From an uncultured virus (IMG/VR IMGVR_UViG_3300028840_003267) (Duplodnaviria > Heunggongvirae > Uroviricota > Caudoviricetes), in IMG/VR virus record IMGVR_UViG_3300028840_003267: 64,000 bases of DNA. One strand, 5' to 3'. The notes under the pieces were generated by a model. That model did not search any database. It saw only the letters and a program-made list of their open reading frames with translations, and had not been told where the DNA came from. Position 1 is the stretch's first letter. Each line of letters begins with the position of its first letter. The translations under genes were made by a program, and so were the position numbers. Positions 18,855 through 28,198 of this stretch are shown here, one piece after another.

Positions 18855-18882
18855 ACTCTCTAAGCCAGTATGATGGCATCTC

Positions 18883-19692
18883 TCAACCAGAGGAGTCGTT
18901 GACCGTCCTAAAGGTATAGGAATTCTCGTTGTCTTCCGTGACGTAACGCCTGTTCATCGACACGCCAGTCCAGCCAGGGCACTTGTTCAGATAGAGGTAG
19001 TGCTGATAGGTACCAAGTTGGTCGGAGGTCAGCTCATCAGCGAAGCGCACATTCTTGTAGTACACGCTGTATCCGCGCATCGGGTTCGACTCGCTGCCTC
19101 GCTTCCAGTCCCCTTCGTAAACCATCTCTGGGAAGTCTCCCATCTCCTCCCGGAGAGCAGCCAGCTTTTCTTCAGTTCTGTCCGGATAGATGTCACTGAC
19201 CTCGTTGTCCCAATCTCTAAGTCTCATTCCTTGCTGCATTGCCGCGATGTAACAAGGCGTGTAGATATCATCCTTGATAGAACGGTACTCGCCTTCCAGC
19301 GTCGAACTCAGCGTCTGGAAGTAGTAATCACCACCCCAACGAGGCTTGCAGGTCTCTACAAGAATAGACTTCGCCTCTGGGAACCCAGCAGGCCCTGGTC
19401 CCGGAGGATTGAACTCTGTCACTCCAGAAAGAAATGTACGTCCCGTGTCTAGATGACTATAGCCGTACTCCATGAGAGCGAGCAGATAGGCACTCCAGGG
19501 AGCTTCGATCTTCTCCCCGCTCTCCGGGTCGATGATACCAAGGAACTCACCATCGTCATTCTTGTAGAGTTCCGGGAAGGAAGCATACCGCTTCATGACA
19601 GTGCGAGTGCTCTTCCCATAAGGATGGGGCTCCTCAGCCTTGTCCTTCCACCGCTTCACGAAGTCTTTGAGATGTACAGGATCATTTTCCAT
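18883..19692 (-). CDS. hypothetical protein
   Basis: ATG 6 nt after CGTCAAAG motif variant. Confidence 0.7.
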   Translation of the reverse strand: MENDPVHLKDFVKRWKDKAEEPHPYGKSTRTVMKRYASFPELYKNDDGEFLGIIDPESGEKIEAPWSAYLLALMEYGYSHLDTGRTFLSGVTEFNPPGPGPAGFPEAKSILVETCKPRWGGDYYFQTLSSTLEGEYRSIKDDIYTPCYIAAMQQGMRLRDWDNEVSDIYPDRTEEKLAALREEMGDFPEMVYEGDWKRGSESNPMRGYSVYYKNVRFADELTSDQLGTYQHYLYLNKCPGWTGVSMNRRYVTEDNENSYTFRTVNDSSG

Positions 19693-19731
19693 ACATCTCT
19701 TTGACGGCTTCAGTTTGAAGTTCTGACGCCG

Positions 19732-19938
19732 CTACCACTCGCCAGAGTCATCCTCTTCTTCTCGCAGCACATCGACATGCTGCTGGAGGATCTCATCGTT
19801 GTCCAGAATCTCTTCGTCACCTAGACGACGAAGGCAGATGTCGTTCTGGTCGAGCCACTGGAGAAAGCTTCCCACGTGGTCCTCTCTGGCGTTCGATGGT
19901 TTCTCGTAGTTCCCACAGGCAGGACAGATATCACTCAT
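19732..19938 (-). CDS. hypothetical protein
   Basis: GGAG SD, CPACG. Confidence 0.55.
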   Translation of the reverse strand: MSDICPACGNYEKPSNAREDHVGSFLQWLDQNDICLRRLGDEEILDNDEILQQHVDVLREEEDDSGEW

Positions 19939-19965
19939 TCTCAGCTCCGTTACAGCAACAGTAAC

Positions 19966-20289
19966 CTAGCCTGCGAAAGGCACGTTCTTTCTCCTGACGT
20001 CCAGCTCTTTGAGGAGGCGGATGACGTTAGTGGAGAGACCTCCTTCATGGATGTCGCCGGGATTGTTCTGGAGGACGTAGGCTGCGAGTACCTCATGGTC
20101 AAGAGTCGCGGAGAAAAGGTGCCCGAACACCTTGTCAAAGCGCTCCACGCGCTCCTCTTGCGTCGGCGCATCCTCTATCTGCGCCAGGACGCTCTCAAGG
20201 TAGGCACGCACGGCAGGCATACCACCATTGGCGAGGATAGCGTTCCGCTTCTCGACATCGTAGAAATCACTGATCTTGAACTGTTCCAT
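19966..20289 (-). CDS. hypothetical protein
   Basis: AAGGAG SD; GGTTAT motif upstream. Confidence 0.65.
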   Translation of the reverse strand: MEQFKISDFYDVEKRNAILANGGMPAVRAYLESVLAQIEDAPTQEERVERFDKVFGHLFSATLDHEVLAAYVLQNNPGDIHEGGLSTNVIRLLKELDVRRKNVPFAG

Positions 20290-20418
20290 AGCTTCACTCC
20301 TTGGTCAGATGGGTGGAGATAACCCTCACTCTGTCTCTACTTCAATCGGCACACCGAAGTGGTAAGTCCAGTTCGCTTCACTCATCGTCCTCAACCTCTT
20401 CAGCTTCTTGCTGCTTAT

Positions 20419-21450
20419 TTAGTCAACGTTCACGTCGATACTGTAGAACGCATTGAGGGACTTGACTATTTTGTCTACGTTGACCCGATGCTCAAGCCAC
20501 GCATTATAGACAAGATCCTCTTTCTCTTTGACTGGTTTGTGCTGACCTGTAACGAGACAGATCTCATGGTGGAAGCGCTTCAGCTCCTCGTCGAGAGGAG
20601 GCAGCACGAAATTCTCATCATCCTCTTCATCGTAGGTGTAGAGCGGTCCCTTGAACTCAGGATCCTCCAGCTTGTGCACATCACAGAGGGCACAGTAGAG
20701 GTCTTCAAGAATCCCATCATCCCACTGAGGACCAATAGGCAGCAGGTACTTGCAGATCTCGAAGTTTCCATTCTTGAAGTTGAAAAATACCTCTACCAGA
20801 ATCGTCGACTCCTCCTTCTTGGACTCCAGCATGTACGCAGGAGCCTTCTCCTGGTCGTAGATGCACTTCTCCACCCCTTGCGCCAAGCTGATGTAGGAGT
20901 ACTTCTCTCCAGACGGGTCGTACTGGATACCGGCAATGGCTTCCTTGATCGACAGATGGTGCGGGAGAACGAAGTACCCCAGACGGTCGTCGAACGTGAC
21001 CTTCCCTTCGTCGAGATTCTTGAAGTCAACGAACTGGAGCTTCCATGACCTGTCGTCACCCCAGATGCATCCAGACACAAAGCCGAAGGGATACTCATCT
21101 GGCTCTGGACGCCCAAGGTACTTGTTGTACGGGAAGTCTTCAAGAGTCGGTACGTAGAAATCCACCGGACAGAAGCCCAACGAATGCGAGATCTCCCCAT
21201 CCACATCCTCACAGGACGGAAGAGCCAGCACTCGGCTACAAGTATGGTCCGGTGAGTAGAGCGCGTAGTCCTTGCCCTTGTGGCTGAAGGGATGGAAGAG
21301 GTGCGTGCCGTAGCCCGCCTCACAAGGGAAGGTCCCCACGACCTTCTCCTGCTTCTTGTCGTAGACCTCCATCATGATCCCATTAAAACTGCAACAGGAG
21401 ACTTCCTCTCCCTCAGCAGGTTTAGCTTCATAGCGTTCTAGAGCTTTCAT
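20419..21450 (-). CDS. hypothetical acidic protein
   Basis: Start moved to MKALERY after GAGGA. Confidence 0.7.
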   Translation of the reverse strand: MKALERYEAKPAEGEEVSCCSFNGIMMEVYDKKQEKVVGTFPCEAGYGTHLFHPFSHKGKDYALYSPDHTCSRVLALPSCEDVDGEISHSLGFCPVDFYVPTLEDFPYNKYLGRPEPDEYPFGFVSGCIWGDDRSWKLQFVDFKNLDEGKVTFDDRLGYFVLPHHLSIKEAIAGIQYDPSGEKYSYISLAQGVEKCIYDQEKAPAYMLESKKEESTILVEVFFNFKNGNFEICKYLLPIGPQWDDGILEDLYCALCDVHKLEDPEFKGPLYTYDEEDDENFVLPPLDEELKRFHHEICLVTGQHKPVKEKEDLVYNAWLEHRVNVDKIVKSLNAFYSIDVNVD

Positions 21451-21451
21451 G

Positions 21452-21817
21452 TCATTCCTCACTGACGAGCTTCGTGATAACGATGTCCCTATCGTCGCAG
21501 AGAACATCAGCACTCGTGCAGTCGGCGACGATCTCCTCAGTTCCAAGCAGCTTCGCGATGTCATCTCCGCTCAAGTCCGTCGTGAGCCGAACGATAGGAC
21601 CACCCACCCGAAGATTAGGGTCTCTTCCAATACACAGATGGAGGTCTAGTGTGGACGTGGACCCACTGGACTTCTTTGTATTCTCTATCTCCAACTTGAA
21701 GTTGCCTTCCTTCATACGGCGAACAAGTTCATTCATCACAGTATCAAGTTGGATGGTATGTGTGATCTTCTTCTGTAGGATGGTCTCTTTCTTCTTGTAG
21801 AGCTTAGCTTTAGCCAT
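21452..21817 (-). CDS. hypothetical protein
   Basis: AAGGA SD, in operon. Confidence 0.65.
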   Translation of the reverse strand: MAKAKLYKKKETILQKKITHTIQLDTVMNELVRRMKEGNFKLEIENTKKSSGSTSTLDLHLCIGRDPNLRVGGPIVRLTTDLSGDDIAKLLGTEEIVADCTSADVLCDDRDIVITKLVSEE

Positions 21818-21820
21818 AAG

Positions 21821-23533
21821 TTACAATCCTTTAGCTGTCTCTTTGTACTCATCCAAAACGAACTGCATAAGGTCGCGGAACCTCTCGGGGCTCCAGTCGA
21901 AGGGGGCTCCAGCCGTTGCATAGATTTCCGGGACGCTTCTACTGTAGCCGAGAGACAACGCCTTCTTGTAGCAAGCTATCGCCTCTTCTGGGTCATTCTT
22001 GTAGCGCTTCCAGACGGAGAGGGCTCCGAGCTGAGAGATCCCGTACTCGATATAGTAGAAGGGGTTCTCGAAGATGTGGCTCTGTCTCTGCCACAGGAGA
22101 CTCCTATACCACTCCAAGTCTCCCCACTGAATGACATCGGAATCGTACCGGTCCATGATGTCCATCCACTTCGCATCTCTGTCTTCTGGTGTAGCGTCGG
22201 GGAAGTCATACAGGAAGAATTGGAAGCGGTCTATGCACGATACCCACGTCAGCAGACGACAGATCTCATCCAAGGAGGCAAGTTTGATTCGTTTGGCTGC
22301 CCTCTTGGCGTCATCTCGTCCATCGAAGAAGGTCTCCAGATGATCCAGGACGAGCATCTCCATCGTCGTAGAAGCCAGCTCGTCAACTTCGCTGGTAGGG
22401 ATCTTCCAGTTGTACACCTCTAAGGGATACATCTTGAAGGAGTGGAGGGCATGCCCTATCTCATGTACGACCGAGGAGAGGTCCTCCAGGGCTTGAGCGC
22501 AACTCAGGAAGATGAAGGGTAGCTTCTTCGACAAGGAGGTCGTCTGGAAGCCTACAGGGGCTTTCTTGGGGCGAGACTCCAGGTCGAGTCTGTCATTGGC
22601 TTCGAGCTGTACGAAGCGTCGAGCAGCTTCCTCGTCGATCTCTCGCAGCATGTGGTAGACGCGCGTGTACAGGTCTGGGATGTCTTTGTAGGGGATGATC
22701 CTCTCGTCACCATAAGCATCACAGTGGAGGTCCCATGGTCGAAAGGTGTCTACCCCAAGTCGTTGGCGCTTCAACTCATGGATCTTGTTGTAGACAGGCT
22801 TGACCTCTTTCTGCACCGCAGCGTGGAAGGCGTAGCAATCTTCCCTTCCGTAGTCGAGGCGTCGTCGATCCAAGAAGTTGTACTGAGGGTAGTCATCGTG
22901 CCCGCACAACTTGGCGATCTTGACACGCTTTTCGATGAGGGAGGTCATCAGCTCGTTGAGAGGTTCTTGGACACTCTTCCGAGCAGCAGCGACCTTCCTG
23001 TAAACCTCTTCACGAACAGAACGGTCCTTGGAGTCCAGGTGAGACATCCCAGCGTCCAGAGTGAGCACCTTTCCTTTGAAGCGGAGCGTCAACGAGCTAT
23101 GCAACTCCGAGGACTTTGAGGCTTCGGTATCTTCCTCCCCACCTATGATCAACGCTTCCTCATTGAAGAGAGCTGCGGCGACCTGCATGCTCTTAATGAT
23201 GATGTCATAGCCAGGTATCTTCGCTATGTCGGCGAGAAACGAGAGTCCAAGAAGCTTTTTACACAGATTGTTGTTCCACTCAGACTCCTTCTGAGAGATG
23301 TCCTCGTTGTATGTGTGGTACGCCTTCTTAGCATCCTCGTCCGTGGTATCGAGGTGGATACGGAGGTACAGATCATCGTAGTAGCAATCCAGATGCTCAC
23401 GGACTTCTCCCCAATCTTGAAGCCATTGAATTGCACGGTCGACGTTGGTGATCTTCCTGGATTCGAGGTCCTGGTAGTATTCCTCAGCATCAGACCATGC
23501 GGTAAATTCAAAATCTTCGGGTAGATAGGGCAC
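21821..23533 (-). CDS. M3 family oligoendopeptidase (PepF-like)
   Basis: RPWD, LDLESRPKKAPVGF, HEIGHALH, ELASTTME, WQRQSHIFENPFYYIEYGISQLGAL. Confidence 0.92.
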   Translation of the reverse strand: MPYLPEDFEFTAWSDAEEYYQDLESRKITNVDRAIQWLQDWGEVREHLDCYYDDLYLRIHLDTTDEDAKKAYHTYNEDISQKESEWNNNLCKKLLGLSFLADIAKIPGYDIIIKSMQVAAALFNEEALIIGGEEDTEASKSSELHSSLTLRFKGKVLTLDAGMSHLDSKDRSVREEVYRKVAAARKSVQEPLNELMTSLIEKRVKIAKLCGHDDYPQYNFLDRRRLDYGREDCYAFHAAVQKEVKPVYNKIHELKRQRLGVDTFRPWDLHCDAYGDERIIPYKDIPDLYTRVYHMLREIDEEAARRFVQLEANDRLDLESRPKKAPVGFQTTSLSKKLPFIFLSCAQALEDLSSVVHEIGHALHSFKMYPLEVYNWKIPTSEVDELASTTMEMLVLDHLETFFDGRDDAKRAAKRIKLASLDEICRLLTWVSCIDRFQFFLYDFPDATPEDRDAKWMDIMDRYDSDVIQWGDLEWYRSLLWQRQSHIFENPFYYIEYGISQLGALSVWKRYKNDPEEAIACYKKALSLGYSRSVPEIYATAGAPFDWSPERFRDLMQFVLDEYKETAKGL

Positions 23534-23581
23534 GCGATGCTCCTTGGTAAGGTGAGAGTCCCACCTACACGTAACCCCGTA

Positions 23582-23944
23582 TTACTGCGATTTCTCCGCG
23601 CGGCGACGAGCCTTGAATCGCTCATGCAGCTCCAGGTAACGCTTGTAGTCGCGCTCCTCCTGCTTCCCCTCGTTTTCCTTCATCTCGCGGTAGTAGGTGT
23701 CAACCCATTCTTGAAAAGGAAGCTCCATCCGGCTCTCCGCATTGAGCGTATGCACCTCTACATCTATCTCCCGACATAGCTTCTCTGTGGCCTCCAAGGG
23801 AAGGTCGTGCCGCCAGTGATCGCCGATCCTTTCGTTGACGGAAAAGTTAGCTTCATCTATGGTGTGTTCACGGTCTGGAGATACCAGTGTGACTTCTCCA
23901 CTGTACAACAGAACGTACAGCACTCGGTCGTTTTCATCGCTCAT
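23582..23944 (-). CDS. hypothetical protein
   Basis: AGTCAAAG motif then AAGGAG SD. Confidence 0.7.
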   Translation of the reverse strand: MSDENDRVLYVLLYSGEVTLVSPDREHTIDEANFSVNERIGDHWRHDLPLEATEKLCREIDVEVHTLNAESRMELPFQEWVDTYYREMKENEGKQEERDYKRYLELHERFKARRRAEKSQ

Positions 23945-23977
23945 AGGAACTCCTTGTAGGATACTTTGACTAGATTT

Positions 23978-24511
23978 TCAGGAGGGGTCTTTGGCTTGAG
24001 CAGCAATCACAGCCGCTTCTGCTTCTTCCGCTTCTTGGTCTCGTAGGTAGGAGTAGTAATCGAACTCGATATAGTCTTTCCGAGCTTCAGACTGTGACTC
24101 GAACGCATCAGCGAGGTTCTCATACGCTACGTCACAGATGTTCTCCGATCTGAAGGAGAACGTCCTCTCGTCACCGTCTTCCAAATGCACGATAACCTTG
24201 CAGGTTTCGTTGGCTCCTACCTTCTCGCGCAGCTTCCACTGAAGACCTAGGAAAAACGAGTCAACATTGAAGGCAGCGAGAGAAATGATACCTACCAAGA
24301 ACAAGGCTTGTAGAGCACCTTCTTCATTCTCCGCAACCATGTGGAAGATATGGAAAACTGAGACTACACAAAGGAGAGCAGCAGTTAGCAAACTCGCCCA
24401 CGGCTTGCCGGGGACAATACCAGGGCACACGGTATGGACTTTCTGACGAGAGAGCCCAACAACGTAGTCCCTCTTCATCGTGCAATGCAGTAGTGTCTCA
24501 ATAGGTTTCAA
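23978..24511 (-). CDS. hypothetical membrane protein (2 TM)
   Basis: Two hydrophobic segments; AAGGAG SD with TTG start. Confidence 0.6.
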   Translation of the reverse strand: MKPIETLLHCTMKRDYVVGLSRQKVHTVCPGIVPGKPWASLLTAALLCVVSVFHIFHMVAENEEGALQALFLVGIISLAAFNVDSFFLGLQWKLREKVGANETCKVIVHLEDGDERTFSFRSENICDVAYENLADAFESQSEARKDYIEFDYYSYLRDQEAEEAEAAVIAAQAKDPS

Positions 24512-24523
24512 GGCATCTCCTTT

Positions 24524-24838
24524 CTACAGACGGTCGCATCCCTGCTCCCGCAGATAGGTCGCTATCGCAGCAATCGCCGTGGAATCTGAGTCGCGGATAT
24601 GCGACCAGTCCCACTCCAGCTTCTCCGCGATGTATTCGATGGTGACTTTGCCGAAGCCGTTAGCCGTCGTCCAGACACGGAACATGTCCTCGTCCGACAG
24701 CTTGTGTCGGCGCTTACCACTCCAGTGTGTGCAGTCGACTACAAGGTCAAAGTCATCCTTGCTGATCTTCGCCTGGTCGTCTTCGATCTCTTGAGCCATC
24801 TGCGCGTAGTGAAGAGCTAGGAGACTTTCGTTCGACAT
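24524..24838 (-). CDS. early hypothetical protein
   Basis: Start at ATG after conserved promoter/RBS cassette. Confidence 0.7.
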   Translation of the reverse strand: MSNESLLALHYAQMAQEIEDDQAKISKDDFDLVVDCTHWSGKRRHKLSDEDMFRVWTTANGFGKVTIEYIAEKLEWDWSHIRDSDSTAIAAIATYLREQGCDRL

Positions 24839-24891
24839 GCTTTCCTCCAACCAACTGAGATCACACTACCAGAATCCCCTACCCTTGTCAA
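24836..24891 (-). promoter_or_regulatory. sigma70-type promoter/RBS cassette (copy 1)
   Basis: TTGACA-17nt-TAGTGT...GTTGGTTGGAGGAAAGCATG. Confidence 0.85.
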
Positions 24892-24898
24892 CAACTTT

Positions 24899-25237
24899 CT
24901 ACGGTAGGTCTTGAGGCAAGAGCAGCCCAGATGACTTCAGACTCTCTTCGATTTCTCGCTGCATTGCACAGCATTCCTCGAACGACTTATCTACACTGCT
25001 GTAGACAAATTGAAGATTGGCGTCAGACCCGACATGAAGGACAATCCCCGCGAGACTGGAGGTTATGGACATAGCCTCATTAGAAAGCTTCTGTGCCTTA
25101 GCCCAAGCCTCCCAATCGGGATGGCGGTCAGAGATCATCTCCAGAGCACGACGTGAGAGATTCCGAAGGTTGCCATCGAAGCTTTCCATGTCCTGGTACA
25201 TTTTCTGGTAACGACACTGGGAATTTCCTTGGTACAT
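24899..25237 (-). CDS. early hypothetical protein
   Basis: Start at ATG after conserved cassette. Confidence 0.7.
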   Translation of the reverse strand: MYQGNSQCRYQKMYQDMESFDGNLRNLSRRALEMISDRHPDWEAWAKAQKLSNEAMSITSSLAGIVLHVGSDANLQFVYSSVDKSFEECCAMQREIEESLKSSGLLLPQDLP

Positions 25238-25291
25238 GCTTTCCTCCAACCAACTGAGATCACACTACCAGAATCCCCTACCTACTGTCAA
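25235..25291 (-). promoter_or_regulatory. sigma70-type promoter/RBS cassette (copy 2)
   Basis: TTGACA-18nt-TAGTGT; nearly identical to copy 1. Confidence 0.85.
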
Positions 25292-25310
25292 CAACTTTCT
25301 GAGGAGAGAG

Positions 25311-25655
25311 TCAGATGAGAGCGGAAACGACGTCGGCGTTGAAGAAGCCCAGCCGCTTGGCGTAGACGCCATCAGCCTTGGCATAATGAATCAAGTCGGT
25401 CTTCCAGCGCCTCTTCGAGAGCTGACCGAAGGGAAGCTGAACGTACACTTTGTCTCCATTGCGGAGACGTCCGATGCAGTAGCTCACGTCCCACATCGGG
25501 AATCCAGGGTCCGAAATGAGGCGGAATCGGGTGACCTTCGCCAGCTCAGCGTAGTCCCAAGGAACGATAGCCACACAATCTTCGTCGTGGAACCCTTCTG
25601 GAAGAGGATTCGATTCGCAGACTCCGTACTCGTTTCTGACCATGTTATCCATCAT
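25311..25655 (-). CDS. early hypothetical protein
   Basis: Start at ATG after conserved cassette. Confidence 0.7.
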   Translation of the reverse strand: MMDNMVRNEYGVCESNPLPEGFHDEDCVAIVPWDYAELAKVTRFRLISDPGFPMWDVSYCIGRLRNGDKVYVQLPFGQLSKRRWKTDLIHYAKADGVYAKRLGFFNADVVSALI

Positions 25656-25701
25656 GCCCTCCAACTAGAACCACACTACCAGAATCCCCTACCCCTGTCA
25701 A
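25653..25701 (-). promoter_or_regulatory. sigma70-type promoter/RBS cassette (copy 3)
   Basis: TTGACA-17nt-TAGTGT, GTTGGAGG. Confidence 0.85.
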
Positions 25702-25704
25702 CCC

Positions 25705-26139
25705 TCAATCGACCCACACTCGCGCCAGACGAACACGAATGTCTTTCGCCGCGATGTAGCCCTTAGCCTGGTAGCGACCAATCTGGTCACGGAGACGACG
25801 AGCTACGCCACGAGCCTTCTCTAGGTCGTCTTTCTCAGTCTCAGGAAGGTTGTAAAGAGGACCGTTGTTCTCAATTCTGTCTCCATCAGGCTCGAAGCCA
25901 ATAACTCCCGAGTACGGAGAACCGTCCGTGTGTTCAACGGTGACTCGAAGCCACGGAGTCGGATAACAGTCTTCGGGGTGTGCCATGCCCTTGCGGTGAT
26001 GAAGAGGGCACTCATGCCAAGTATCGAAGTCGGTGAGAATCCAGCCGCCACCACGACAAGCACACGTCTTGGGGTCTTCAGTTGAAAGCTGACCTGTCTG
26101 AATTGCGCGTACCGTCATCTCGAATTCTTGTGCGAGCAT
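25705..26139 (-). CDS. early hypothetical protein with zinc-binding motif
   Basis: CACRGGGW...HECPLH; after cassette. Confidence 0.7.
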   Translation of the reverse strand: MLAQEFEMTVRAIQTGQLSTEDPKTCACRGGGWILTDFDTWHECPLHHRKGMAHPEDCYPTPWLRVTVEHTDGSPYSGVIGFEPDGDRIENNGPLYNLPETEKDDLEKARGVARRLRDQIGRYQAKGYIAAKDIRVRLARVWVD

Positions 26140-26191
26140 GTTTCTTCCCTCCAACTAGAACCACACTACAAGAATCCGTCCCCTATGTCAA
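26137..26191 (-). promoter_or_regulatory. sigma70-type promoter/RBS cassette (copy 4)
   Basis: TTGACA-17nt-TAGTGT, GTTGGAGG. Confidence 0.85.
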
Positions 26192-26505
26192 GAAAATTCT
26201 GTATCAGGCACCTTCCCAAGGATCTTCAGGCGTTGAGCCACGAACCACTTCCCACCTTGGCTCTCAGGGCGCGTGTGCTCCTCGTAGTCGTCGATCTCGA
26301 CCTGGTACCACTCTCTTCCCTTCAGACTAAGATGAGGCGCTACAGGCTTCGCCAGAGCGTGCCACCCAGGACGGTAGGCATAGCCTTTGGTCTCATGAGC
26401 TTCCGCTTCCATCCACTGTCCCAAGGGGAGCACAGCTCGCCTGTTGATAAAGAGAGACCCGAGAGTCCCTTTCTTCCGGACACGAAAGAGCTTGTAGGCT
26501 AGCAT
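26188..26505 (-). CDS. hypothetical phage protein
   Basis: AYKLFR...YAYRPGWH...PESQGGKW, a pattern seen in small phage proteins. Confidence 0.7.
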   Translation of the reverse strand: MLAYKLFRVRKKGTLGSLFINRRAVLPLGQWMEAEAHETKGYAYRPGWHALAKPVAPHLSLKGREWYQVEIDDYEEHTRPESQGGKWFVAQRLKILGKVPDTEFS

Positions 26506-26871
26506 CTACGGCTCTTCCGCTACAAGATTCCCGATGTAGACACGACGGCTATCCTCGGAGGGACAGATGACCTGCACAACGGTGTCATAGTGGAGGCGTT
26601 GATTCTTGAAGCGTGGCACACCCTCGTCATCCAAGACGTAGTCTCCGTCTTCTCCTGGGTTCATGATACGACCGTCGAGAGTCACAATCGTCATCTTCTC
26701 CTTCTTCGGAGACGTCTTCTCTGCCTTCTTCTTTTCAGGAGTAATCCTGAAAGACTTTTGAACGCGCTCGATCTCCGCATCGATCATCTCCAGAAAGACA
26801 CCCTGGCTATGAAAAATACCGCGCTCCTCAAGATATGAAGCCAGCGCCTCCAGCAACAATCCTTCTGTCAT
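26506..26871 (-). CDS. hypothetical protein
   Basis: Start moved to MTEGLLL after GAGG. Confidence 0.6.
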   Translation of the reverse strand: MTEGLLLEALASYLEERGIFHSQGVFLEMIDAEIERVQKSFRITPEKKKAEKTSPKKEKMTIVTLDGRIMNPGEDGDYVLDDEGVPRFKNQRLHYDTVVQVICPSEDSRRVYIGNLVAEEP

Positions 26872-26887
26872 CGTACCAACCTCTTCT

Positions 26888-27118
26888 CTACTTCTTCGGT
26901 ACAGCCTTGGGCTTGACGATCTTCTGAGGCCCATCGCCAATCCGAATGAAACCAGTAGGAGTGATGTGCACAGTCAGCTCCTGACGAGCCGTCTTCAAGC
27001 GTATCCACACAGCCCTCTTCGCTCCCTTGTTCGGATGGGAGTACCTCCGTTCGATCTCTACAGGTCCCCAACGGAACCCATACTTGGTCAGACGGCAGGG
27101 GAACTTATCCAAAGACAT
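26888..27118 (-). CDS. hypothetical protein
   Basis: AGTCAAGG motif variant and AAGGAG SD upstream. Confidence 0.65.
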   Translation of the reverse strand: MSLDKFPCRLTKYGFRWGPVEIERRYSHPNKGAKRAVWIRLKTARQELTVHITPTGFIRIGDGPQKIVKPKAVPKK

Positions 27119-27275
27119 AGGCTCAGATCTCCTTACCCTACCTTGACTAACTTTCGTTGACTTTTCTCGCGCACACTTCGCTCAAGAGATCCGTGGTAGA
27201 GAGTGGGGCAAGAATTTTTCTTGTCACATTTCCGCTTTTCCGTGCGTCATGCGATTAGGGAGGCAGGAGGACAGG

Positions 27276-27521
27276 ATGAAACGAAGCAAGGCAGAGGTTG
27301 AAAAGGCTACTACAAGAATGAGTGAGAAGATCAGCAAGTCCGTCACCAGAGGTGAGTATATCGGAGGGCTCGTATGCTCCCTGTTCTCCGATGCGTACAG
27401 GATGGACCCAAGAAACGCGGGGAATCGACGGGTGCCACCGAAGCCGACTCTTGAAGACATGGACTCATGGGGTGGACGTGTAGTCCTCGACCACACGACG
27501 AAGACGCTGCGATTCGGATAG
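27276..27521 (+). CDS. hypothetical protein
   Basis: AGGAGG SD before ATG 27276. Confidence 0.6.
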   Translation: MKRSKAEVEKATTRMSEKISKSVTRGEYIGGLVCSLFSDAYRMDPRNAGNRRVPPKPTLEDMDSWGGRVVLDHTTKTLRFG

Positions 27522-27597
27522 TAGAGGTTATCTCTAACTACAAGAAAACTTAGTCAAAGTAGTATAGCTGAAGAAATCAAACTTGAAGGAGAAACTG

Positions 27598-27882
27598 ATG
27601 CTTCTACAATGCCCAGAATGCGAGGGGGACTATCTCCACCACTTCAAAGTCGAGGTCTTCAACCGAACGATCGAAGACTCCACAGAAGGTGTTCACGTCA
27701 TCGTAACCACTGAAGATGGTGAGGAGACAGAGGTCACTCAGAACGGGGATATCCGGAACAACCCAAGTGAGCGTCGAAACGGCATCCTGGTACACTTCTG
27801 GTGTGAGACCTGTGATTGCAAGCCTATATTCTGTATCGAGCAGCACAAGGGCAACACACTAATGGCTGTACTCTGGAAGTAA
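27598..27882 (+). CDS. hypothetical zinc-binding phage protein
   Basis: CPECEGDYLH...NPSERRNGI...FWCETC...QHKG; AAGGAG SD. Confidence 0.7.
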   Translation: MLLQCPECEGDYLHHFKVEVFNRTIEDSTEGVHVIVTTEDGEETEVTQNGDIRNNPSERRNGILVHFWCETCDCKPIFCIEQHKGNTLMAVLWK

Positions 27883-27902
27883 TCAGCCGCTACAAGAATC
27901 TC

Positions 27903-28148
27903 CTACTTCGTCCGGACGTGGAAGTCTATGTTGCTTAGCTCGTTTAGTGTCTCTTTCTTGAAGCTGCCGAACTCCTTCAGCTTCAAGTCTTCGTACTGCG
28001 TCACCGTCCCATAGTGCTGCTCGTTCAGCTTCAGGATCTCCCGCAGCGTGCGAAGACACAGCCCTACAAGAATCAATACCACCACCATCATGACCGTGAT
28101 AGCCAGGACAGAAGCACAGCCACCTACTACAAGAATCTCCAGGTCCAT
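27903..28148 (-). CDS. small membrane protein
   Basis: Long N-terminal hydrophobic helix; GAGG SD. Confidence 0.6.
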   Translation of the reverse strand: MDLEILVVGGCASVLAITVMMVVVLILVGLCLRTLREILKLNEQHYGTVTQYEDLKLKEFGSFKKETLNELSNIDFHVRTK

Positions 28149-28198
28149 CTACATCCTCACATAGCCAGCTGACTACAAGTACCGTAGTCAGTTGACTT

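Noticed and set aside
24839..24850. Shared MEESM/MEGR/MEDR N-termini in the ORF track
   Set aside because: Artefact of TTG starts inside the conserved leader TTGGAGGAAAGCATG; the real starts are the downstream ATGs.
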